This document shows positions 12,301 through 23,200 of a DNA stretch of 64,000 bases, piece by piece. The stretch spans positions 194 to 64,193 of the forward strand of contig VHCO01000010.1 of assembly GCA_016871715.1 (NCBI GenBank). Direction: 5' to 3'. The notes beneath the pieces are model-generated. The model saw nothing but the letters and a program-made list of their open reading frames with translations. It ran no database searches and was not told the DNA's origin. Position 1 is the stretch's first letter; each line of letters starts with the position of its first letter. The stretch is from Verrucomicrobiota bacterium. GTDB lineage: Bacteria > Verrucomicrobiota > Verrucomicrobiia > Limisphaerales > J093. Both the position numbers and the translations under genes were made by a program.

Positions 12301-14430
12301 CGCAACGACGGGGATGCCGACGCGTTCGACTTCTGGGTAAGCCTCTATCGCGAGGCGACTTTCGTAACCCGGCTGCACGTGAACGAACTGATTGCCGGCG
12401 CGCAGACCGACTTGACCTTCGCGTTCCCGCCCGTGGTCGGCCAGCACACCCTGCGGGTCGTGGCCGACGATCCCGTGAGCGCCGTGCTCGAGGCCGATGA
12501 GACCAACAACGCTCGAGAGTTGGCGCTGCCCGCCTTGACCTTGGCGTATCCGGATCTGGTCATCGAGGACATCCGGTTGCTGCCCAGGGACACGGTGTTA
12601 TCGGATGGCACCTCGCTCGACATCACCGCCACCGTGGCCAACCGAGGCAGCGTGCCCCTCGATCGGCCGTTCGTATTGAACTACTACGTCGACGGCCAAT
12701 TCGTCGGCAGCCGGCAAGTGAGTTCCTTGGCGGCTGGCGCCTCGAGCGCACTCGCCTTTCAGGCGCGCGCCTACCCGGGCACCCACACCATCCGCGTGGT
12801 CGCAGACGAGGACAACCGGGTGACCGAAGCGGAGGAAGGCAACAACGAACTGGCCACCGAAACCGCGGCGCTGACGATCCTCTATCCCGACCTGATCGTC
12901 TCGGAGGTCGAGCTGCTGACCCCGAACGTTTTCTATGGCCAGAAAAGCGGTTTCCGCTGCAAGGTCTCGAACCAGACGGTGGTGTCGACCCTCGACACGT
13001 TCTACTTCGCCCTGTACCTCGACGGCCAACGGATCGCGTTGCAGCAACTCCCCAAGTTGACCGGGTTCTCCTCCCAGACCTTCGTCGTGGAGTGGCAGGT
13101 CAACGCTGACCCCGCCGTGCCGCACACCATCAAGGCCGTCGTCGATAGCCGCCAGAACATCCCCGAGCAAGACGAGACCAACAACGAATATGTTTTCGCC
13201 CAAAGCACCTTCCAGGTCCAAGACAACTTCGTCATCGACCTCGAGGTCTCCGGCGGCGAACTCGGCACCAACGAGCAGGTCATCTTCGTCAACCGCAGCA
13301 CGGCCCAGTTCCAGGCCGCCGTCACGATGGGCAGCCGCCCGGGCCGGCTTGGCCCAGCGGACGGCGTCTGGGTGCAGTTGACTGTGACCCAACCCGAGAG
13401 CGGCGAGACCGTCTTCGACGACCGCCTGACGTACCTTCCCAGCAGCGGCCGGTTTGCCGTGTCGCTCCCGCTCCTGTCCTACCGCGGCCAGTACAGCGTC
13501 CGCGCCGCAGCGACCGACGGCGTCAAGGAAAGCGCCGCCTTCCTCTCGCTGCTGGTGATCGAAGAGCTCAACTTCACGGTGCAAACAGACCAGTCGGTTT
13601 ATGCTCGGGGCCAACCCGTGGCCATCACCGGCCAGGCCACCAAGCTCGACGGCGAGCCCATGGCGGACCAGAAGGTGGCACTCATGATCTCGAAAGGCGC
13701 CCCGGGCGCCCAAGGCATCGTCTCCAGTAGCACCGTCTTCGATCCCTCGACGCGCGTCTTCGAAACGCAGACCGGGGCGTCCGGCGAGTTTGCCTACACG
13801 TTCAATCCCGCCTGGGGCGACGCCGGCGAGTTCACGGTCGATGCGTTCATCGCCGCCAACCTTGTCGGCACCAGCGCCCAGACCTCCTTCGCCATCGTCG
13901 CCGTCAACCTCGACCCAAGCCGGGTCCACGCCACCACCTCGACCAACAGCACCTTCACCAAGGTCTTTACCCTCGAGAACCTCTCGGATGTGCCCCTGAC
14001 GGGCACGGTGATCACGCTGGTGGACGAAGACCCCGCGGACAACGTCACCGGCTCGCTGACCCACTCGATCCCGGGCCGGCTGCAGGCCGGCGTCCGGCTC
14101 CCAATCCGGCTCGAAGTTCGGATCCCCGAAAACGCCCCGCCAAGCGCCGCCTTCCGCATCGAAGCGGTCACCGCCGAGGGCGCAACGGCCAGCAGCCGGA
14201 TCCGGTTCACGCTCGTCCCGGCCACACCGGTGCCGGTCTTGGCGCCCCAGCGACTCGAGGTGGGGGGCCAACCCGGCGGCCAACTCGCCCAGCAGGTCAC
14301 CCTGACCAACCGCGGCCTGGGCACGATGACCGGTATCCAGGTGCTGCCACCCGCCATCTTGCCCTGGGTCAAAGTCGGTGCGTTGTCGGACACCAGGCTA
14401 GCGCCGGGCGCCAGCGTGACCCTGATCTGA
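9340..14430 (+). CDS. Giant protein fragment 4: CARDB, Ig-like and fibronectin type III repeats, PKD domain
   Basis: FN3 motifs TYFYRLTVFDHVGNES, TYTYRVVAVDQNGNRS, TYYYTLTAVDAAGNQS. PKD motif FDGKDSTDPDG..YHWDFGNG. CARDB motif VADD...ExxETNN repeated. Confidence 0.8.
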   Translation, partial: GDSGTFQVVFRVDNQVVGTQTVSSPLAPGQSVVVNQPWTVRAGSQVLRVTADAASAILEANEANNERTTPAPQVADESAPQILRVSPEAGSKVRGRVAVEIFAVDASGVANYQLDYSANGQDWTSLGSAANGRFTWDTAPLSDGSYSLRATATDPLGNRSTFEFQYQVDNQAPPAVQLTATPGEFRVDLRWSASDALDFAYYRLYRSTAPNSGFQPINGKMTQETFADRQVTAGTTYFYRLTVFDHVGNESVPSNVVSAAALLDSTPPVIRTLTPAEGTAAATALQLRLDASDNVAVTRYRFEFSIDGTAWSLIAEGANASVSWAVDQVPHGAYRVCATATDAQGNATSRTQLYQVDHLGPNAPANLRLEAAELALIVAWDTVGAPDFHSYELQRSQAGGPFEVVLPSTSSSLFVDRGVTAGLTYTYRVVAVDQNGNRSDPSNQATQTPLPDTTPPLVRRVVPGDGAALRGQVTLQAEATDNIAVAQFTFAFAAAGTQTWTTVGTDTAPRALGNGIWQGAVSWNTDPLAEGNYDVRVTARDAGNLTAERVYTVSIDRTPPAAPEAPSIENPRTGGTLKLSWTASSDPTATGYRLYRSETQGGNGQPVGGVLSALEFWDTELENARTYYYTLTAVDAAGNQSSRSPERPGTPTAEADLAVSTLRFDPANPTRGRSTTIVATLDSTGPAAADAEVAFYLGTPRVLLGRTTVRVPANGATQARLAWTPDLSGAATLTAVLAQTNVLDTNSANDERAVEIAVNLPPVAKAGDNRSGNWNQPIAFDGKDSTDPDGLIQAYHWDFGNGQTSINKTTSHAYQTPGIFTVVLTVTDNRGAQSRDTLQVIVNDTRADLVISRLAWNPLEPQERDQVTITATLTNLGNGSTRLGFFTTFYIDGAYQGYQRVDQLLGIGQSLEVPFAWKATKGLHTVKVVADDLQNNVVERSETNNSATTALTLQQVFFPDLIVTDLTANLPAETVSSEVPLTAQATLRNDGDADAFDFWVSLYREATFVTRLHVNELIAGAQTDLTFAFPPVVGQHTLRVVADDPVSAVLEADETNNARELALPALTLAYPDLVIEDIRLLPRDTVLSDGTSLDITATVANRGSVPLDRPFVLNYYVDGQFVGSRQVSSLAAGASSALAFQARAYPGTHTIRVVADEDNRVTEAEEGNNELATETAALTILYPDLIVSEVELLTPNVFYGQKSGFRCKVSNQTVVSTLDTFYFALYLDGQRIALQQLPKLTGFSSQTFVVEWQVNADPAVPHTIKAVVDSRQNIPEQDETNNEYVFAQSTFQVQDNFVIDLEVSGGELGTNEQVIFVNRSTAQFQAAVTMGSRPGRLGPADGVWVQLTVTQPESGETVFDDRLTYLPSSGRFAVSLPLLSYRGQYSVRAAATDGVKESAAFLSLLVIEELNFTVQTDQSVYARGQPVAITGQATKLDGEPMADQKVALMISKGAPGAQGIVSSSTVFDPSTRVFETQTGASGEFAYTFNPAWGDAGEFTVDAFIAANLVGTSAQTSFAIVAVNLDPSRVHATTSTNSTFTKVFTLENLSDVPLTGTVITLVDEDPADNVTGSLTHSIPGRLQAGVRLPIRLEVRIPENAPPSAAFRIEAVTAEGATASSRIRFTLVPATPVPVLAPQRLEVGGQPGGQLAQQVTLTNRGLGTMTGIQVLPPAILPWVKVGALSDTRLAPGASVTLI

Positions 14431-17235
14431 TCGTCGAACCGGGCCAGAACGCCCAACCCGGGATCTACGTTGACAAGTTGGTGGTCACCGACGGTCAAAA
14501 CCGCGCCGAGATGGTGCTCAGCGTCGAGATCAACTCGGCCAACCTCGGCTCCGTTTACTTCGTCCTCACTAACGACGCCGGCCAAGCGGTCGCCAACGCC
14601 GAGGTCGTCATGGTCAGCCAGCAAACCTTCACCGTTCAGTACGGCGACGGTCGCAGCTCGACCTACCAGAATATCTTCCGCGCCCGCAGCGACGCACGCG
14701 GCATCGCCACCCTGGCCGACGCGCCGATCGGCCTCTACGACTACCAGATCAGCGCCGCCGGCCACGAGTCCGCCCGCGGCACCGTGAGCGTTATGCCTCA
14801 GAGCAAAGCCCAGCCGGTTCAGGTCGAATTGGTGGCCGTGCCCCTGCAGATCAAGTGGACGGTCGAGCCGATCGTGATCGAGGACACTTACGACATCACG
14901 CTGAAGTTGACCTTCGCCGCGGACGTGCCCAAGCCCAAGTTTGCCTTCCTGCCGCCTTGGGTCGCCCTCCCGCACGACATCCAGGCCGGGTTCACCGACC
15001 AGGTGATCGTGCTCAATCCCAGCCTCATCGAGCTTCACAACGTCACGGTCAAGGTCGTCGGCGCCCAGGGCATCACCGTCTCCTCCGGCGGCCAACTCGG
15101 CACCCTCGCCCCCAATCCTCGACGGTCTTTGCCTATTACGTCGAGCCTGGCGATTACGCCTACCTGCACTCCTCCTCGACGTACTTCCTGATCGAGGGCA
15201 CCTATGTCGAGTTCGATCCTGAGACCTTCGAGCCGCTCCCCGAAGAAACGCGCCTGACCCCCCGGTTGGCCCTCACCAACCCGAGCCGGCATGTCGTCCG
15301 GGTCCGGATGGGCGAGCAGGAAGAGCAGGAGTTCAAGTTGCCCGATGAGGACGGCGGCGGCGAAATGGACATGTTGCGCGACCTACCGCGCTTCGACTTG
15401 GGTGACGCAGCCGAGACCGTCACCGAAATCGTCCGCCTCGAAATCCAACAGAAGGCCACGCTCGAACGCGAGGGCTTCGACGCGCGCCTCGAACTGACCA
15501 ACGGCACCGGCACCGGCTTGGTTAGCCTCTCGGTCTCGCCGCGCGTACGCGACCAAGCGGGCCAGGACGTCACCGACCGGTTCTATGTCGTCCCGCCGGA
15601 GTTGGACGGCATCGCAGCCATCGACGGCTCCGCCGGGTTGGCGCACGGGGCCACGATGCGCGGCCGGTGGATCCTGATCCCGGGCGAAGGCCTGGGCGGC
15701 ACGGATTTGGACGGGAAGCCCTACTACGTGAAGGCGGTGCTGACCTACTACCAGAACGGCCGGCTCAAAGAAGTGGTGACCAACGAGGTCGAGATCACGG
15801 TCCATCCGCAACCCAAGCTCTATCTGCACTACTACATCCCGCGGGAGGTCGAGGGCGACGTTCCCTTCAAACTGGGGCTGCTGGTCGAGAACGACGGCGA
15901 CGGCATCGCCACCAATCTGAAAATCGATTCCGGCCAGCCCCAGATCGTCGATAACCAAGCCGGCCTGCTCATCGACTTCCGCATCGTCGGCAGCAGCTTC
16001 GGCAGTGTCACCGGCGACATCGCCCGGCTCGTCCTGGGCGATGTTCAACCGCACAGTTTCGTTAGCGGTTACTGGATCATGCAGTCCACCCTCGACGGCA
16101 AGTTCGTCGAGTTCACCGCCGAGATGACGCACCGCGCCTACAAAGGTGTGCAGATCAATCCCCTCATCCTGGGCGTCAGCACCGAGATCATCGAACACGA
16201 CCGCCTCTTCGCCGACGCCCAGGATCCGGACAACCACTTCAGCCTGATCGACCGGGACAAGGATGGCTTCCCCGATTACCTGATCAACCTCACTTCCGGG
16301 CTGCGCCTGCCCATCCTCATCCCACAAAACGTGCAAGTCACTCGCTCGCCCACTCCGGAGGATCGCACCCTCGAGTTGGTCGTGCCCGAGACTCACGGCT
16401 ATGTCTGCATCGTCATGCCCGACCCGATGCCTGAGGCCAACATCCGCTCGATCTCGAAGGCCGGCCCGCCCGGCGGCGAGGACACCTACCTGAGCGGGAA
16501 CAACTTCTGGCGCGCTCACGGCAACCTCTATTTCGTGGACGAACTCGGCTTCATCGACGAGCAAGGACGCGAACAGCCCGAAAGCGCCACCTACACCCTC
16601 GATTTCCGCTCCGCCCTGGTCGTCGAAGAAGTCAACGTGACACCCAATGAGTTCGACATCCTTTGGACCGACAATGCCTCGGCCGCAGGCGGCCTCGAGT
16701 TGATCCTCCACGAACCCGAGCCCGACTCGGCCGTCGGCCGCTACGAATTCGTCGAACCGGTCTTCTACCTCGGCCTGCCGCCCACCGTCGGCTACAAGGC
16801 CGCCGTCCGCGCCGTGATCACCAACAACGGCGTCACCCCCGAAAGCGGCCTGGTTACCTTCACCGTCGTACAGCCCGACCAGTCCGAGGTTGTCCTCGGC
16901 CAAGTCGACATCGATGACCTCCGCGCCTGGCGCCACGTCTATCCGCTCGTCGAATGGACGCCACAAATGGCCGGCCGCCACCAACTCCGCGCCTCTCTGG
17001 GCACCGACTCGCCCGAGGCCATGCTCGATCTCGAGGTCGTCGTCAACGATCCCCCCTTCGCCGATGCCGGCGCCGACTTCGCCGGGGATGTTCTGACCGA
17101 ACTCACCTTCGATGGCACACGCTCGATCGATTCGGACGGCTACCTCCTGAACTACTTCTGGGATTTCGGCGATGACATCTGGGGCGGCGGCATGACGCCC
17201 AACCACGTCTACCAACACTCCGGCACCCGCAAGGT
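14424..17235 (+). CDS. Giant protein fragments 5-6: carboxypeptidase-regulatory-like Ig domain, beta-rich module, truncated PKD
   Basis: ORFs 14478-15191 and 14855-17680 join at a C-run near 15112. The PKD (FDGTRSIDSDG..YFWDFGD..HVYQHSGT) stops abruptly at ~17230. Confidence 0.7.
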
Positions 17236-20200
17236 CCAACCCGCTCCTCATCACCGCAGCCATCCGCAACGAGAGCCGCGTGCCTCTCGATCTCCCCTTC
17301 GCCGTGGGCTTCTACGTCGGGGGCGAACTCGTGGGGACCGAGACCATCGCTGCTCTGGACGCGCACGCGGACCGCTGGATCACCCTGGCCGCGCCTGTCA
17401 CCAACGGCCAGGTGGACATCCGGGTCGTCGCCGACATGCAGAATGCCGTCCCGGAGAGCTCCGAAAACAACAACCAACGCACCCTGGCCGGGCTCACCGT
17501 CGACGTCCGGCTGCCGGATCTTGCGGTCCAGACCATCCAGTGGAACGGACCAGCGCTCCGTTATGGGGAGGCCGGCCAGTTCAAGGTGCGCTTTACCAAT
17601 CTGGGGCTCGGGGAGAGCCAGGGCGCGTTCACGCTCCACCTCGAGGTCAACGGCGAGCTCGTCGCCGCGTACCGGCATGAGGAGATCCTGAAGTCCCGGG
17701 CCAGCGGATACTGGTTCGTCGATTGGACACCCGACGTCACCGGCGACGGCGTGGCCGAGGTCGCCGTCACCCTGGACACGCTCGACGAAGTTGCCGAACT
17801 CGTCGAGGACAACAACCGCTGGAGCGTTTCGGTTCAGCTTGATCCCGGTATCGTCATAGACCTGGGCAGCCACACGACCCTCATTGACGTCTACGACGCC
17901 ATTCGCGAGAGCCAACAGGTGGCGTTGGCCAGCAGCGAGGCCATCACCGAATCCTACCTCACCGAAGACTCGATCACCTTCACGGCGCGGGTAGCTGATT
18001 CCCAAGCTCCCGACACGCCGCTCGGACAGCCCGAGGGCGTGACCGTGCAGCTTCGCCTCCTCGATTCCGAGGGCACGGAACTGGTGGCCACGCCCATGGC
18101 CTATGTCGCCTCACTCGCCGCCTTCCGCTACGAGTTCAACGTGGCCGACGCCGGGCTCCCCGAGGGCACCTACACTGCCGAGTTCGAGGTTGCCGTGCCA
18201 GGCCAGCGCCCGTTGACCCGCTACCTGCCGTTCGAGTTGGTCGCCGACTTCGCGGTCTCCGCCGCCACCGACAAGACCACCTATGCAACCGGCGAGAACG
18301 TCCGCATCAGCGGGATCGTCGAGCGCGCCGACGGTTTGCCCGTGGCCGATGCTGTCCTCAACATCCTCCTCATTCACAACGGCCAACAACGCCTCTTCCA
18401 AGCCGCCACCGACGCCCAGGGGCGGTACCAGTTCTTGTTCGATCCGCATGCGGGCGAGGGCGGCGAGTACAGCCTCGCCGTGTCCACCATTCGCCGCGGG
18501 CTCGAACGCGCCGGCTTCGCCTGGTTCGACATCCAGGGTCTGCATGTCCAATCCGACGCCCATATGCCCGTCCCAGTTCGGCAGAGCGGCGCCAACGTCG
18601 TCACCCTCACCCTCACCAACCTCGGCACCGTCACGCTCGACGACCTGACCTTCAACCTCTCCGACGAGGAGCCCAACGACGCCGTGATCGCCGTCCTCAA
18701 GGCCGAGGATGCCGCCACCACCCTGGCGCCCGAGGAGGCCACCGAGGTTAAAGTGGAACTCTACGCCCTCGATCCGTCCGTCCCAGGCACCGAGCAGCAG
18801 TTCTTCTTCACCGTGGGCAACGCCCTTGGCTTCAACACCACCTTCGTGGTCGAGACCGTGGTCGTCCGTGCCGAACCGTTGCTCGCGGTCGATCCGGAGA
18901 GCGTCCACTTGGGCGCGCGACCCGGCGGGGTCGCCGTAACCCAAACCATCGCCATCTCCAACGCCGGCCACGCGCCGCTGACTGACCTGGTCGTGCTGCC
19001 TCCGTCGCTCCCGTGGCTGACCGTGTCGGCCCTGGGCACCGACCGACTGGCGCGCGGCGCGTCCACGACCGTGGTCCTCACTGCCAAACCCGGCCCCGCC
19101 GTCGCCCTGAACAGCTATCGCGATGAGTTGGGCGTGGTCAGCAACGGTGGCACCGCCATCATCCCCATCGCCATCGAAGTGACCGAGGAAATCGTCGGCC
19201 ACCTACGCGTCATCGTCAGAAACGACTTCGACCTGCCTGTGGCGAACGCCGACGTCTACGTCAGCCTCGCCTCGAGTCCCTTCGAGCAACTGGCCGACCC
19301 GGCCATCGTCGAGCGCAGCCTCCGTCTGCGGGGGCGGACCGGAGCCGACGGCACCGTGACCTTCGCCGACGTGCTGGCTGGCGATTATGACGGCGAGGCC
19401 TCCGCCGACTTCCACCAGTCCGCCGAGGGCAGTGTGTATGTCCAACCCGGCTCGGCCGTCACCGACTTGGTCCTCACCCTCGAGCTCGACAGTTTCCGCT
19501 TCTCATGGAACTGCACAACTTCCACCGAGCAGCAGACGCTGGGGCGGGCCCAGGTCGACCTGGTCATGAGCGCCAACGTGGACGGCGCGCCGACGCTCAT
19601 TCCGAACAAGCCGGCCGGGGAGTACTTCCTCCGGCAGGGCGATCCCGCCGGGACAGACTACGCGATCTTGTTCATCGGCGGTTCCAGCGCGTCCACGCTC
19701 GCCGAGCGGCAAAGCCATAACCTGGACATGTTCTACCTCGTCGCCCGCAAACTCTACATCGCCCTGGTCTCCTATGCCGGGCTCGACCCGAGAAACATCT
19801 ACGTCCTGTGCGCCGACGGCGACGATCCATCGCCCGATCGCGAGTCAGGCAAGAACTCGGACAAGTTCAGTGTCAATTGGTACGCCGCCACCAGCGCAGA
19901 ATTCGAGCGCGTCATCAACCTCGTGAAGGGCAAGATGGAGGCTGAAGTCGCCCAGGGCAAACTGCCACACTTGTTTGTCTACACCGAGGATCACGGCGCG
20001 GGCCTCGAAAACAACGCCAGCCGCCACGACGAAGAGGTCTTGATCGGCTGGGGCCCGGGCGAGATCATCACCAACGACACACTCGCGGGCTGGCTCAACG
20101 GCCTCACCGCCGGCTACCGCACCTATCTTTTCGCCCAGTGCTTCAGCGGCGGCATGCTCGAGGAGTTGACGGTGACCGATCGCATGTTCGGCATGGCCGC

Positions 20201-23200
20201 TGCGACCCATCAGGAAGTCTCCTGGGGTTCCGCCAATTCCGGCTTCCCCGTCGCCTTTATCAACGGCCTGAGAGCCGGACAGACCTCCACCTACGGGTCG
20301 TTCCAATATGCGTTCGCCCACGACGACACCGCCAAGGCGGGCGGACCCAACGCCGCTTGGGTAAACGCCCAATTCTCTCATCCCTGGGCCGTCGGCCATG
20401 ATTTCCCCATCTTCGCCGGCAGCGGGATGCTCTCGGACTCGCCTATTGCGCCTCGGGATCGGGACATGTTCAGCTTGAACAACCCCAGCCTCGATAAGAT
20501 CACAGGCGTCAAAGTCGAGGCCGTCGGCATCCTTGGCGACGCCATCCGCTTCGGCAATGGCAAGACCGTCCTCGAGATCGGCGAAGTCCCGGCCCAGGGA
20601 TCGGCCCTGTTCAGCTTCGTCATTCAGAAGGAACGCTTCGCCGACGTCGCCGAGGAGCGCATCTATGACGGCGGCTACCTGCGCGCCACCGGGAACGTCG
20701 GCGAGCGCCTGATCGAAACCATCATCCCCATCCGCATCCGCATCGGCCCGGAAGGCGGCCGCTTCGAAGGGCAACCTTACCGCATCACGCCCTTCGTCGG
20801 TCCCTGGCCTACCGGGGCCTTGCAGTACGGCGAGTCGTTTGTGGCCCAATGGTTCGACCGCCATCCGGACTTGGCACCCAGCGGCCTGAGCCAGGTCGGT
20901 CTCTCGCAGGAAATCTCGGTCGAGGACGAGCTGTTCACCGTGGAAGCCACCTTCCAGAACATCCTCCCCGACATTGCCTTCGAGGCTGTCCGAGCCGAGG
21001 TCCTCATCGCCACCGCACCCGTCAACGAGGCCGGCAAGCTGCCGGCCGGCGCCCGCCTGGTCACAGCGGAGTTTCAGGGCGAATCGGTCGCCAGCATGCC
21101 CACCACCCTGCTCCCGGAGCAGAGCGGCACGCTGAAAATGCGACTCAAACCCGGGCCCGGCGTGGGCGGTTCGAGCGACGCCGGCCAGACCTACTACGTC
21201 CACCTGCGCGTCCGCTACCAGATCAACGGCATCGAAGCCGTGTTCACCACCGCAGGCCGCCCGATTGTCGTTCGTCCCGCACCAGAGCTGTCGCTCCGCT
21301 ACGGCGTGCCGGCGCTCGGGCTTCCGCTCAACGCAGGCGACACCTTCCGGGTAAATGTGACCGTGACCAACAGCGGCGCCGGCACCGCCCGCAACCTCAA
21401 GATCAATGTCCCCGACATCGACCTCACCACTGCCCTGCGCGGGCCCTCGGGTGTGCACCTGGTCCATTCCTCGCCGCGCGGCGATAGCGTCACCGAATTG
21501 GCCTTCGGCGACGTCGCCCCCAGCCAGACCGCGGAGGGCTGGTGGGAGTTCAGCGTGCTGAGCCCCTTGCGCGTGAGCGCCTTCACCACCTCGTTCACGG
21601 CCCAGGACGGCGCGCGCGCCGATGTGACCCTGGGCAGCCCGCTCAAGGAGACCCTGGTGGGCAAGCACACACGGCAAGACCTGGTTCAAGCGCTCACCGA
21701 CCTAGAGCACGCAATTTATGCGAAGATCGACGCCGATGTCGATCGGGCGGCGGCAATCGTGGGTGAGACCGCCGGGACGGTCAACGAACTCGAAGCCCTC
21801 TCCAAGGCGCTCCAGGCCAACTACGTCTTCAACTTCGCCGTCCGCAGCCTGCGCCTTCTCGGCACCGCCATCTCTTTCGGGCGTGCCTCGACCCAGTATG
21901 CCGCCAACGAGATCGGCCGGTTCGGCTACGCCATCAAGCAGATTGGCATGGTGACGGCCAGCGGCAGCTTCCTCAGCAGCCTCTTCTCGCTCTTCAAGAG
22001 CACCAAGCCCGACATCGGCCAAATCTGGAGCGGCGCTTTCGCCGAGGCCCTCAAGAACCCGGCCACCGCCGCGACAACCTTCCGCACGTTCCTCGAGACC
22101 AAGTTCCCCGTCTACCTCATCCGCGATTACGCCGTCTGGAATGACCTCTCCGCCGTGGTCACCCAAGATCCCGAAGCGTTGCTGGCCCAACTGGACGTCA
22201 TCATCAAGAAAGCTGAGAACGAGTTCTACCGCGTCGAGGGCACCCAGGCGCTTAAGGACGCCATCAAGAAAGACCTCGCCACCTCCCTCGGTTTCCTGTC
22301 GAGCGCTCTCCCCGCGTACTATCCCATCGACGCCCTCTACGAAGAGTACGTCCGCTTGACCGAAGCCCTGCAGAAGGCCACCGGCGGCCTTGGCGTGCCC
22401 GAAGTCAACCGGCAAACCGGCGAACCCGTGCGCCAGCCCACCGCCTGGTATTCGGTAGGTGAGAAAGGGGCTATAGTCGTGGGTGAGTGGCTGCCGGTAT
22501 ATCTCACCAGTTGGGAATTCGGCACCAGTTTCGAGCCCGCGTACCTCCTGGGCAAACTGCTCGAGCACCAGCACTACCAGTTGAGCCTGCACTGGGAGTT
22601 GATCGCCATGAAATGGCAGCAAAGCATGCTCTCCAGCGCCGCCACCGCCGCCGGCCTACTCCCCTTCAGCGGCGTCGGCATCGCCGGCTTCCTCGGCCGC
22701 ACCTCCGCCATGGTCGCCAATTGGGCCATCGATGCCGCCCTCCAAACCGTCCAAGAAGCCGAGGTGTGGGGCTTCGAGTGGATCGCCAAACGGTTCGCCG
22801 ATCTGCTCCACAACCAGGAGTTCGAGAATTCCGGCGTCTGGCGCATGAGCAGCGACATCAAGTTCCACCTCCAGTACCTCGATGAACGCGCCCCCGTCGA
22901 CCCCGCCGTGCCGCTCTTCGTCGAGAGCGTCTCGATCCCGGACATCGAATTGGCCCCCGACGCCCTCAGTGGCACCGGCACCGCCCATGTCGTCGTCCGT
23001 AACGACGCTTCCGGTCCGATTCAAGTCGTTCCCGTGCTCCAAATCGTCGGAGGCGGCGAGGACGCCGGCCGTTTCGAAGGCGAGGCTGCCCTCATTCCCG
23101 CCGGCGCCGCTGCGACGCTGACGGCCACGTACGCCGGGGTGAAATCCTCCCTGGTCGACCTCCACGGCTACGACGTCCGGGTCGAACTCCTGGCCATCGA

